Shown piece by piece: positions 5,787 to 14,403 of a stretch of DNA of 25,363 bases (positions within the stretch are counted from its first letter, which is position 1; the number at the start of each line of letters is the position of its first letter). Location: positions 1-25,363 of the IMG/VR virus record IMGVR_UViG_3300033076_000127. One strand, written 5' to 3'. The notes beneath the pieces were generated by a model. It did not search any database. It was not told the DNA's origin and saw nothing but the letters and a program-made list of their open reading frames with translations. A program made the position numbers and the translations under genes. The DNA comes from a virus (lineage: Duplodnaviria; Caudoviricetes).

Positions 5787-8039
5787 ATGGTCGATCCTAC
5801 GGGTATGCAGAAGGCCGGTCAGGTCGCAAACGTTGGCAGTAACCCTGTCACGAAGGGCGGCGTTGACGATGACAAGATGGCAACCATGCGTAGCCGTCTC
5901 CAGATGGCTCAGGCAGCCTACTCGGACAGCCGTGAGGACGAACTGGACGACCTCCGGTTCATGGCCGGCAGCCCGGACAACCAGTGGCAGTGGCCAGCCG
6001 ACGTGCTGGCAACCCGCGGATCGGTGCAGGGCCAGACGATCAACGCCCGTCCGTGCCTCACGATCAACAAGCTGCCCCAGCACGTCCGTCAGGTCACCAA
6101 CGAGCAGCGCCAGAACCGCCCGTCAGGCAAGGTCATCCCGGCGGATGACAACGCTGACGTGCAGGTCGCGGAAATCTTCAACGGTGTGGTGCGCCACATT
6201 GAGTACATGTCGGACGCCGACGTGGCTTACGACACGGCGTGCGACAATCAGGTCACCTACGGCGAAGGCTACATCCGCCTGCTGACCGAGTACTGCAACG
6301 AAGAGAGTTTCGATCAGGACATCAAGATCGGACGCGTGCGGAACGCGTTCAGTGTCTACATGGACCCGACGATCCAAGACCCGTGCGGCGCGGACGCTGA
6401 GTGGTGCTTCATCACTGAAGACATCCTCAAGGAAGAATACGAGCGGATGTTCCCGGACGCGACGCCGATCAGCACCCTGTACTCGCAGGGCGTCGGCGAT
6501 CAGGGCATCTCGGCGTGGCTTCAGGAAGATACCATCCGCATCGCGGAGTATTTCTACTACAAGCACGAACGCGCGACGCTGCACCTCTACCCGGACAACC
6601 AGACCGCGTTCTCCAAGACGCCCCGCGACAAGCAGCTTATGGCGCTGTTCGGTGCGCCCATCCGCAGCCGTGAGGTAGACCGCAAGAAGGTCATGTGGAT
6701 GAAGACCAACGGCTTCGACGTGCTCGACGAGCGCGAGTGGCCGGGCAAGTGGATACCTGTCGTTCGCGTCATCGGCAACGAGTGGGAAGTCGATGGCCGC
6801 ATGTACATCTCGGGCCTTGTGCGGAACGCCAAGGACGCGCAGCGCATGTACAACTACTGGACCAGCCAAGAGGCAGAAATGCTGGCGCTGGCCCCCAAGG
6901 CACCGTTCATTGGCTACGGTGGCCAGTTCGAGGGTTACGAACTCCAGTGGAAGACCGCCAATACGACCAACTGGCCGTATCTGGAGGTCAATCCCGATGT
7001 GACGGACGGCGCCGGAAACGTCCTTCCCCTGCCCCAGCGCGCCCCTCCGCCGTTGCCCCAGACCGGTCTTATTCAGGCCAAAATGGGGGCTGGAGAGGAC
7101 ATCAAGGCGACGACCGGTCAGTACGACGCCTCACTGGGCCAACAGGGCAACGAACGCTCTGCAAAGGCCATTATCGCCCGCGAAAAGCAGGGCGACGTGG
7201 GCACGTATCACTACGTGGACAATCTGGCCCGCGCGATCCGCCACATCACGCGCCAGATCGTCGATCTGATCCCGAAGATTTACGACACCCAGCGCATCGC
7301 CCGCATCATTGGTGCGGACGGTGAGGTTGACATGGTCAAGTTCAACCCAGCGCAGCCTGAACCGGTCAAGGAAATCCGCGACATGCAGACCGGCGCGCTG
7401 ATCGAAAAGGTCTACAACCCCGGCGTCGGTACTTACGACGTGATGGTCACGACCGGTCCGGGCTACATGACCAAGCGTCAGGAAGCCCTCGACGCCATGG
7501 GCCAGATTTTGCAGACCAACCCGCAGCTTTGGTCGGTCGCCGGCGATCTGTTCATCAAGAACATGGATTGGCCGGGCGCTCAGGAGATGGCCGAGCGGTT
7601 CAAGAAGATTTTGGACCCCAAGGTACTGTCGCAGGGCGATCAGTCGCCCGAAATGATGGCTGCACAGCAGCAAATCGAAGCCATGACGCAGGAACTGAAC
7701 CGCGTCACGGACATCATGCAGCACATTCAAGACAGCACCGAGCAGCAGAAGGTCGAAATCGACCGCTACAAGGCCGAAATCGAGGCTTACAACGCCGAAA
7801 CCAAGCGCATCAGCGCTGTTCAGCAGTCAATGACCCCCGAGCAAATCCAAGACATCGTCATGGGCACCATCGCAGCCGCGCTCGACACCGGCGATTTGAT
7901 CGGCGGAGCGCCTGAGATGCGTGAAATGCCCGAAATGGAGGCTCAGGAAGCCCCTGAACCGGGCGAGGCACCTGAACAGCCAGAACAGCCTGAAATGCCC
8001 GCTATGGGCGCCCCAGAAGCACCTGAAGGGATGATGTGA
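5787..8039 (+). CDS. portal protein, P22 gp1-like
   Basis: 750 aa after terL; DDLRF..G..QW, RPCLTINKL, GLVRNAKDAQRMYNYW, YDVMVTTGPGY.TKRQEA; C-terminal coiled coil. Confidence 0.93.
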   Translation: MVDPTGMQKAGQVANVGSNPVTKGGVDDDKMATMRSRLQMAQAAYSDSREDELDDLRFMAGSPDNQWQWPADVLATRGSVQGQTINARPCLTINKLPQHVRQVTNEQRQNRPSGKVIPADDNADVQVAEIFNGVVRHIEYMSDADVAYDTACDNQVTYGEGYIRLLTEYCNEESFDQDIKIGRVRNAFSVYMDPTIQDPCGADAEWCFITEDILKEEYERMFPDATPISTLYSQGVGDQGISAWLQEDTIRIAEYFYYKHERATLHLYPDNQTAFSKTPRDKQLMALFGAPIRSREVDRKKVMWMKTNGFDVLDEREWPGKWIPVVRVIGNEWEVDGRMYISGLVRNAKDAQRMYNYWTSQEAEMLALAPKAPFIGYGGQFEGYELQWKTANTTNWPYLEVNPDVTDGAGNVLPLPQRAPPPLPQTGLIQAKMGAGEDIKATTGQYDASLGQQGNERSAKAIIAREKQGDVGTYHYVDNLARAIRHITRQIVDLIPKIYDTQRIARIIGADGEVDMVKFNPAQPEPVKEIRDMQTGALIEKVYNPGVGTYDVMVTTGPGYMTKRQEALDAMGQILQTNPQLWSVAGDLFIKNMDWPGAQEMAERFKKILDPKVLSQGDQSPEMMAAQQQIEAMTQELNRVTDIMQHIQDSTEQQKVEIDRYKAEIEAYNAETKRISAVQQSMTPEQIQDIVMGTIAAALDTGDLIGGAPEMREMPEMEAQEAPEPGEAPEQPEQPEMPAMGAPEAPEGMM

Positions 8040-8401
8040 TGAGTTGCGCTGACTTTGTCGGAATGATGTTTCTGGCGCGCGATGTAGCCCATTCGGCGCA
8101 CCTGAACACGCGCAGCTATGCCAAGCACGTCGCGCTGAACACGTTTTATGACGGTATCATCGAACTGGCGGACAAGTTTGCTGAAGCCTATCAGGGCAAA
8201 TACGGACTTATTGGCCCCATTTCGCTGATGTCGGCCAAGAAAACGAACAACATCGTCGAGTTCCTCGAAGGTCAAGTAGACGACCTCGACGAAATGCGTT
8301 ACAAGGTCGTCGATAAGGAGTGTACCCCGCTCCAGAACATCATCGACGAGATTTTTGGGCTGTATTATTCAACGCTCTACAAACTGAAATTTCTGGCGTG
8401 A
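8039..8401 (+). CDS. ferritin/Dps-like four-helix protein (resembles DUF5856 from memory)
   Basis: H.AHLN....AKH.AL..FY......ADKFAE aligns with the Dps pattern H(W)N...H..(F)..Y.......D..AE; TGATG overlap with portal. Confidence 0.7.
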   Translation: MSCADFVGMMFLARDVAHSAHLNTRSYAKHVALNTFYDGIIELADKFAEAYQGKYGLIGPISLMSAKKTNNIVEFLEGQVDDLDEMRYKVVDKECTPLQNIIDEIFGLYYSTLYKLKFLA

Positions 8402-8410
8402 GGCTGACTT

Positions 8411-8716
8411 ATGGAACTGCTTAACCCTTGCAGCAAGGCTGATTTTCCGGCTTACACCGCCTCCTACACGGGCACTGCTGGCAACACGACCGCATGGAAC
8501 CCCGGCCCGCAGGGCGTCGTGGTCTGGTCGGATCAGGCTTGCTACGTCGAAGTCGGCGTCGGCGCTGTGGCCACCACTTCCAGCACCCCGATCCCGCCGT
8601 TCACGCCGATCCCGTTTGTGCTGCCGACCAACACCACCGGTGCTCCGTGGCGCGTTAGCGCCATTCAGGTGTCTACTGGCGGTACGGTCTACGCCAAGCC
8701 TATTAACCGGAACTAA
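8411..8716 (+). CDS. small beta-rich putative structural protein (101 aa)
   Basis: GAGG RBS; Thr/Gly/Val-rich; sits in the structural operon. Confidence 0.7.
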   Translation: MELLNPCSKADFPAYTASYTGTAGNTTAWNPGPQGVVVWSDQACYVEVGVGAVATTSSTPIPPFTPIPFVLPTNTTGAPWRVSAIQVSTGGTVYAKPINRN

Positions 8717-8719
8717 CCT

Positions 8720-8881
8720 ATGGGTTTTGCAGGCGCCCTCCGTAACGGTATCGCTCTCGGCCTTGGAAGCATCATCAGCTTCCTGTCAGGCTACGCAGAC
8801 GCGACCGTGCAGGGCAATCTGCTGACCGAGATCGGTGACAACCTCGTCCAAGAGGACGGCGGGTTGCTGCTGCTGGAGTAA
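8720..8881 (+). CDS. 53-aa putative fibre-anchor/adaptor peptide
   Basis: Hand-translated MGFAGALRNGIALGLGSIISFLSGYADATVQGNLLTEIGDNLVQEDGGLLLLE; fills the gap; LLTE.GD.L..EDG..LLLE-type motif. Confidence 0.7.
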   Translation: MGFAGALRNGIALGLGSIISFLSGYADATVQGNLLTEIGDNLVQEDGGLLLLE

Positions 8882-8885
8882 CTAG

Positions 8886-10727
8886 ATGTCTGTCACCCTT
8901 TCCCCCATCGGCGGTGTTGCTGGTCAGTTCTTCGACAACAACGGACAGCCGCTGTCCGGGGGTAAGATTTACACCTATGCGGCCGGCACGACCACGCCGC
9001 AGGCCACCTATACCAGCGCGGCTGGCTCTACGCCGCATAGCAACCCGATCATTCTCGACAGCGCTGGACGCGTTCCGGGCGGCGAAATTTGGCTGACTGA
9101 CAGCCTGCTGTACAAGTTTGTCATCGAAACCTCTACAGCGATCCTGATCGGCACTTACGACAACATCTCGGGCATCAACTCTAACTTCGTCAACTACACG
9201 GTTCAGGAAGAGGTCATCACGGCCACTGCCGGCCAGACCGTATTCACGCTGACGACGATTAACTATGCGCCCGGCACGAACTCGCTGTCGGTCTACATCG
9301 ACGGCGTGAACCAGTATATCGGCACCAGCTATCTGGAAACGGACAGCACGACTGTGACGTTCACGTCCGGTTTGCATGTCGGCGCTGAAGTGAAGTTCAC
9401 GACGGCTGTCCAGAGCACCACCGGCGCGGTCAACGCTGACATCGTTACGTATGACCCGCCATTCACCGGCGGCGTGGCTACGAACGTCGAAGCGAAGCTG
9501 TCTCAGTACGTCTCGGTCAAGGACTTCGGCGCTGTCGGCGATGGCGTGACGGACGATACGGCGGCTATCACGGCGGCAATTACAGCAGGCGCTGGCGGGG
9601 TCGTCGTATTTCCTCAACCCGTTAGTTTTTATCGACTAGGCAGTTCTCTCGGTAACATCCCAGCAAACACGACTTTGCAGGGTCCCGGTCGGTATACGCC
9701 GTGCCTGAAAAGGGACTTCAACGGCGGCTACATGGCTAATTTTCTTGACGGCGTAGGCTGTCAAGACATGACGTGGGACGGCAATGGCGGCACAAATACC
9801 GGCGGTATTATCGACATCCCTCTATCGAATGGCAACCAATCTGTTTCTAACTGCCGTTTCATAAACGCAGCCGGCGGACACCCCATTCATTTTACGGCGG
9901 TGAGCACGAATGGGAGCGGATCGCGGTCGTTCTGGCTTAACGTGGACGCATGGCGCGTCGATGGTGCGACGGGCACTAACAACTACGCCGTTGTACATGA
10001 CAATCCCGGCGTCATCGGCGGAAGCCCGATTAATTTTGTAGGCTTCAATTCCGCAGGATATTGCAGCTTTGACTTCGGCGCTTGCAACGACTTTTATGTC
10101 ACAAGTTCCACGGTATTTGACTGCAAATTTACCGACAACACACGCGGCGTTCACGTTGCGGCGGGACGGTGGGCTGGCCCGGCTGGTTATGTTCTAAAGG
10201 GTTCTGGCGATTTTACTGGAGCCGCTGTCGGCTCGTTAGTCACTTTTGCCCCTAACTGCGCGTACCATTTTACCGGCGAAATGAACGCTGGATATGAAGA
10301 TAACAGCGGTGCCTCCGGCGCGGTCGGTATTTACAATTATATAGTCCATGACTTCACCCCGACGTTCCGTGCCGGCGGCACAGCCATAACCATAGGCAAT
10401 GGTTCTTTGTACGGCAGGTGGACCCGTAACGGTCGCGTCATAACTTTTACCGCTAGTTTGACCGTAGGTTCAACCACCACAGGACTTGCGACAGGCAACA
10501 TATCGCTAGATGCGCCGGTGCCAGTAGTTTCGGTTTCTAATCAGCGCGATTTCAGTTGCTTGTTGGCTGATGCTTCCGGCGCTATTTACAAAAAAGGCGG
10601 CGGCGTCATTAACGGATCGGACATATTTTTGGACCGGGACACGACAGGTTTGGTGGCAAATGCCAATCCGATTACACTGACCACAGCGGGTACAATTATT
10701 TCTGTAAGCGGCAACTATATATTGTGA
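8886..10727 (+). CDS. tailspike with P22-like particle-binding N-terminus and beta-helix domain
   Basis: QFFDNNGQPLSGGKIYTY...NPIILDSAGR N-terminus; ATAGQTVF module; VSVKDFGAVGDGVTDDTAAI pectate-lyase-superfamily start motif. Confidence 0.85.
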   Translation: MSVTLSPIGGVAGQFFDNNGQPLSGGKIYTYAAGTTTPQATYTSAAGSTPHSNPIILDSAGRVPGGEIWLTDSLLYKFVIETSTAILIGTYDNISGINSNFVNYTVQEEVITATAGQTVFTLTTINYAPGTNSLSVYIDGVNQYIGTSYLETDSTTVTFTSGLHVGAEVKFTTAVQSTTGAVNADIVTYDPPFTGGVATNVEAKLSQYVSVKDFGAVGDGVTDDTAAITAAITAGAGGVVVFPQPVSFYRLGSSLGNIPANTTLQGPGRYTPCLKRDFNGGYMANFLDGVGCQDMTWDGNGGTNTGGIIDIPLSNGNQSVSNCRFINAAGGHPIHFTAVSTNGSGSRSFWLNVDAWRVDGATGTNNYAVVHDNPGVIGGSPINFVGFNSAGYCSFDFGACNDFYVTSSTVFDCKFTDNTRGVHVAAGRWAGPAGYVLKGSGDFTGAAVGSLVTFAPNCAYHFTGEMNAGYEDNSGASGAVGIYNYIVHDFTPTFRAGGTAITIGNGSLYGRWTRNGRVITFTASLTVGSTTTGLATGNISLDAPVPVVSVSNQRDFSCLLADASGAIYKKGGGVINGSDIFLDRDTTGLVANANPITLTTAGTIISVSGNYIL

Positions 10728-10774
10728 CGCAATAACCCAGATTGCCAGACTGCAACAGATAAAGGATTGAGAAA

Positions 10775-11818
10775 GTGGCCGATAAAAAGATTTCTCAGCT
10801 TACTTCCGCGACTACACCGCTGGCTGGTACGGAGGTTTTGCCTATTGTTCAGGGCGGTAGCACCGTCAAAGTAAGCGTCGATAACTTGACTGCCGGTAAA
10901 GCAGTAGCCGCTTCGCAACTGACGATTGAAAATAATTCATCCAGCAATGCCGTGCGTATTACGCAGACAGGTTCCGGTAATGCGCTGGTGGTTGAAGATA
11001 GCGCCAATCCAGACGCAACGCCGTTTGTGATTGATTCTAACGGCAATGTGCTGGCAGGTACGACGACGGCTAACGGTATACTTAGCGTCGTAGGTAATCA
11101 AATGAGTGTAGGTAGTGCTGGCGGATCGGATTCGCTTGGCATCCAGATAAAAGGGACGACGTTATCCGCCATACCCGCCGCGCAGGTACAAAGCTACGTA
11201 GCTACCGGCAATAGCTCCATGGGTGTCGCTGGCGATTTGCTTGTTGCTCCGCGCACCGATGTCGCGTGCAGTATTCGATTTATTACCGGCACTACCCCCG
11301 CAGAACGCATGAAGATTGCGTCGAATGGCGATATTTCGGCTGTTACCGGCAACCTCGTCGTCGGCACCGCTGGCAAAGGCATCGACTTCAGCGCAAACGG
11401 CGGCGATGTTCTGAGCCAGTACGACGAAGGTACGTACACCCCGGTCTTTACGGCCTCGTCGTCCAATCCAACTGTGACTTACGGACTTCAGCGCGGCAAA
11501 TATGTCCGCGTTGGAAACGTCGTCACTGTCAGCGCATTTATTAGCTGGAGCGCCATTTCCGGTGGTTCGGGCGATCTGCGTATTTCGCTTCCGTTTGCAG
11601 GCGAGAGTTCAGTCGGTGCCTCGGGCGCAGGCTCTATTTCTAGCCTTGACGGCATTACATTTGCGGCGTTGCGTACTTTTTGCAGCTTCCAGCCGCAGGC
11701 TAACGTACTTTATGGCAACCTTCCGCAAACCGGATCGGGCGTATCATCCAGCAATACCACAATTGCACAGATGGCCTCTTCGGGGTCTATCATTTTTAGC
11801 TGCACCTATCTGATCTAA
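10775..11818 (+). CDS. tail fibre / receptor-binding protein
   Basis: GTG start; MADKKISQLT...GTEVLPIVQ N-terminus, ERMKIASNG fibre repeat, YDEGTYTP...GKYVRVGNVVTV...SLPF C-terminal domain. Confidence 0.8.
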   Translation: MADKKISQLTSATTPLAGTEVLPIVQGGSTVKVSVDNLTAGKAVAASQLTIENNSSSNAVRITQTGSGNALVVEDSANPDATPFVIDSNGNVLAGTTTANGILSVVGNQMSVGSAGGSDSLGIQIKGTTLSAIPAAQVQSYVATGNSSMGVAGDLLVAPRTDVACSIRFITGTTPAERMKIASNGDISAVTGNLVVGTAGKGIDFSANGGDVLSQYDEGTYTPVFTASSSNPTVTYGLQRGKYVRVGNVVTVSAFISWSAISGGSGDLRISLPFAGESSVGASGAGSISSLDGITFAALRTFCSFQPQANVLYGNLPQTGSGVSSSNTTIAQMASSGSIIFSCTYLI

Positions 11819-11829
11819 GGACTTTTCTA

Positions 11830-13506
11830 ATGGCCCTTACCAAAGTCACCTATTCGATGATCGACGGCGCGGTCGTAAACGTGCTGGACTATGGTGCTGT
11901 TGGTGATGATGCCACAAGCAACACGGCTGCTCTTCAGGCAGCCCTCGACGTTTTGACAAGTGGCGGCACTATGTACGTGCCTGAAGGCATTTATCGTTCT
12001 GGCGCACTTACAGTGTCGAACGATAATGTCGAGATCGCTATGGAGCCGGGCGCAGTCCTGAAGTTCAACGTGCTGGGTTCTGGCGTCAAGGCCATTACCA
12101 TTAGTGGGGAAAACTTTTCGGTTCGCGGCGGCGCTATTCAAGGCCCGGCTGGCGGCGTTTATGTCGGAAACGAAAATGGCTTGCACATGGTCGGCGCGTC
12201 AACCGCATCGCGTAAAGTCGGCCTGACTGTAGTTGGCACTGAAATCTCGCAGTTCGGCGCTCATGGAGTTTACGCGCAGTTTGTTGATAAGATCACTTTC
12301 AGCGACAACTACATCCATGATTGCGGTTACGCTGGCGCTATGTTCTTGTCGTGCAATCACGGCACGTTTACCGAAAACACCGTGCAAACTATTGCGCCCG
12401 GAACTGCTGGGAATATGTACGGGGTTAGCCTGACGCATGACAGCACTGGCTATAGCAGCGATCCGAATGCGGGGACAAAGCAGGCGACCAATCCGTTTTG
12501 CTGGGATTGGTATGTAGCCGGAAACCATGTCGAAGACGTAAACTGGGAAGGTATAGATACTCACGGCGGTTACGAACTGCGCGTCATCGGGAATGTCGTA
12601 TACGACACGCTGAATGGGATTGCAGTTACTGGCTCGTCAGGCGACGCCATTAACTATGCCGGTTGGTCTAATGTCGTTTCCGATAATGTGGTTGACGCCC
12701 GCAAGTCTGACGGCACGACATCTGGTCGCGAAAACACTGGCTACGGCATCAATCTGAACGGTGCGTCTACTGTCACGCAAAAGCGTGTGACCTGCACCGG
12801 AAACGTAGTGCTGTACAAGGGTGTAGGATCAAACGCAAACTCGGGCGCTATCCAAGCCGTATCGGCGCAGGAAGTGGTCATTGCGGATAACTCCATAGAC
12901 CAATGGCAGGGTAGTGCAGTGCTTCTTACTGCCGCAGGCGCTGTTGCTAGTGATAACTTCATCGGAGCGCGGTCTAGCGCTGGCGATACGGTTGGCCGGT
13001 GCTTTTCGGATCAAGGCCCGACCACGAACAAGCTGGTAATTACCGACAACCTGCACGATCCTGCTGCGGGCACTGCTGCGCTGGTCGGCTTCTCACAAAT
13101 TGCTGGTGCTACCGCGCGCCCTGTGTTGACCGGCAATAACTTCTCCGCAGCCACGGCACCGTTTAGCCTTTCTGCAACCGGCTATTGCCTTGGCACTGAC
13201 GTAGCCCCGACCATTACCGACACTGGATCGGGCACCGATCTGAATATTAGCGCGTTGAATGGTGGCAACGGCGTTGTGCTTCTCAACAACGCATCCCCGC
13301 GCACCATCAACACATTTACCGGTGCTGTAGCTGGGCAGCGCGTTCTGTTTGTTAATATAGGCGCAGGCACGCAGACTATTACACGGTCACAAGCAGCGCT
13401 TAACGGAAGCGCTAACCAAGCCCTTGCAACTAAATATGCGTTGGAACTGACATGGACGGGCGCGACGGACCCGCGTCAAGTTGCGCCGATGTCGTCTAAC
13501 GGCTAA
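11830..13506 (+). CDS. second tailspike / polysaccharide-binding beta-helix protein
   Basis: AAGGA RBS; short anchor MALTKVTYSMIDG then VNVLDYGAVGD..T.NTAALQAALD; many parallel beta-helix rungs (DNYIHD, GNHVED, GNVVYD, DNSID). Confidence 0.85.
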   Translation: MALTKVTYSMIDGAVVNVLDYGAVGDDATSNTAALQAALDVLTSGGTMYVPEGIYRSGALTVSNDNVEIAMEPGAVLKFNVLGSGVKAITISGENFSVRGGAIQGPAGGVYVGNENGLHMVGASTASRKVGLTVVGTEISQFGAHGVYAQFVDKITFSDNYIHDCGYAGAMFLSCNHGTFTENTVQTIAPGTAGNMYGVSLTHDSTGYSSDPNAGTKQATNPFCWDWYVAGNHVEDVNWEGIDTHGGYELRVIGNVVYDTLNGIAVTGSSGDAINYAGWSNVVSDNVVDARKSDGTTSGRENTGYGINLNGASTVTQKRVTCTGNVVLYKGVGSNANSGAIQAVSAQEVVIADNSIDQWQGSAVLLTAAGAVASDNFIGARSSAGDTVGRCFSDQGPTTNKLVITDNLHDPAAGTAALVGFSQIAGATARPVLTGNNFSAATAPFSLSATGYCLGTDVAPTITDTGSGTDLNISALNGGNGVVLLNNASPRTINTFTGAVAGQRVLFVNIGAGTQTITRSQAALNGSANQALATKYALELTWTGATDPRQVAPMSSNG

Positions 13507-13512
13507 CCGAGA

Positions 13513-13541
13513 TTGCCAGACTGCAACAGATGTTGTAGTCT
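13513..13541 (+). promoter_or_regulatory. promoter for scaffold/capsid genes, embedded in an inverted repeat
   Basis: TTGCCA-17 nt-TAGTCT; overlaps GCCAGACTGCAACA-GA-TGTTGTAGTCTGGC (13515-13544). Confidence 0.6.
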
Positions 13542-13596
13542 GGCCGACAACCGTACTGGTGCGGATCATCAGGTGACTTGAAAGGGTCAAAACCAC

Positions 13597-14388
13597 ATGG
13601 ACGACATCGTCCCTATTGAAGCGGAAGTGCCCGCGCCGGAACTGGAAACCACGGCAGTAATCCAGCCCGAAGAAAACACGACGCCGGAAACGCCTGCCGA
13701 GCAGGAAGCGACCAAGACCTTCACTCAAGAAGAACTGGACGCCATTGTCGGTAAGCGCCTCGCAAGAGAACAGCGCAAATGGGAGCGCGAACAGGCCCAG
13801 AGGCTTGCGGAAGCCCAGACCCGTCAGCAGGCAGCGCCTGCCGCCGATCTGGTTCCCGAGCAGTTTGGTTCCTACGAAGATTACGCAGAAGCCTTGGCCG
13901 AGCGTAAGGCGGAGGAATTGCTGGCCCAGCGGGAAGCCGCGAAGCAGCAGCAGGCTCTGTTCGAGCAGTACTATGAACGTGAAGAGACGGCCCGAGATAA
14001 GTACGACGATTTCGATCAGGTAGCGTACAACGAAAGCCTTCCCGTCACGGAAATCATGGCGCAGTCCATTCAGGCTTCTGACATTGGTCCCGATGTTCTT
14101 TACTGGCTCGGTTCCAATCCGAAGGAAGCGGAACGGATTTCCCGTTTGAACCCGATCTTGCAGGCAAAGGAAATCGGTAAGGTCGAGGCATCGCTGATGT
14201 CGAACCCTCCGGTCCGTAAAACTTCAACGGCCCCGGCACCGATTGCACCTGTCACACCCCGTGCCAATGGCACGCCCGCGTATGACACCACCGACCCTCG
14301 TTCGACCAAGTCGATGAGCACGTCGGAATGGATCGAAGCGGAACGGATGCGGCAGATCAAGAAGTACGAGGCACAACGCAACCGCTAA
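13597..14388 (+). CDS. capsid scaffolding protein
   Basis: Immediately upstream of coat gene; acidic N-terminus, KTFTQEELDAIVGKRLARE, coiled coil, GPDVLYWLGSNPKEAERI. Confidence 0.85.
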   Translation: MDDIVPIEAEVPAPELETTAVIQPEENTTPETPAEQEATKTFTQEELDAIVGKRLAREQRKWEREQAQRLAEAQTRQQAAPAADLVPEQFGSYEDYAEALAERKAEELLAQREAAKQQQALFEQYYEREETARDKYDDFDQVAYNESLPVTEIMAQSIQASDIGPDVLYWLGSNPKEAERISRLNPILQAKEIGKVEASLMSNPPVRKTSTAPAPIAPVTPRANGTPAYDTTDPRSTKSMSTSEWIEAERMRQIKKYEAQRNR

Positions 14389-14403
14389 TTAGGGATTAGA
14401 CCC

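Larger units (their letters stand above)
10733..13531 (+). repeat. 28-bp direct repeat TAACC(C/G)AGATTGCCAGACTGCAACAGAT (10733-10760 and 13504-13531)
   Basis: 27/28 identical; each copy lies at or just after the stop of a tailspike gene. Confidence 0.9.

Noticed and set aside
7905-8036. Pro/Glu low-complexity repeats at the portal C-terminus
   Set aside because: Ordinary disordered portal tail; no regular nucleotide repeat unit.
5018-10790. Two genes both starting GTG-ADKK
   Set aside because: Similarity stops after five residues; likely coincidence.
8886-13506. Invertase shufflon or diversity-generating retroelement acting on fibres
   Set aside because: Repeats are direct and intergenic; no invertase, reverse transcriptase or template/variable repeat pair was seen.
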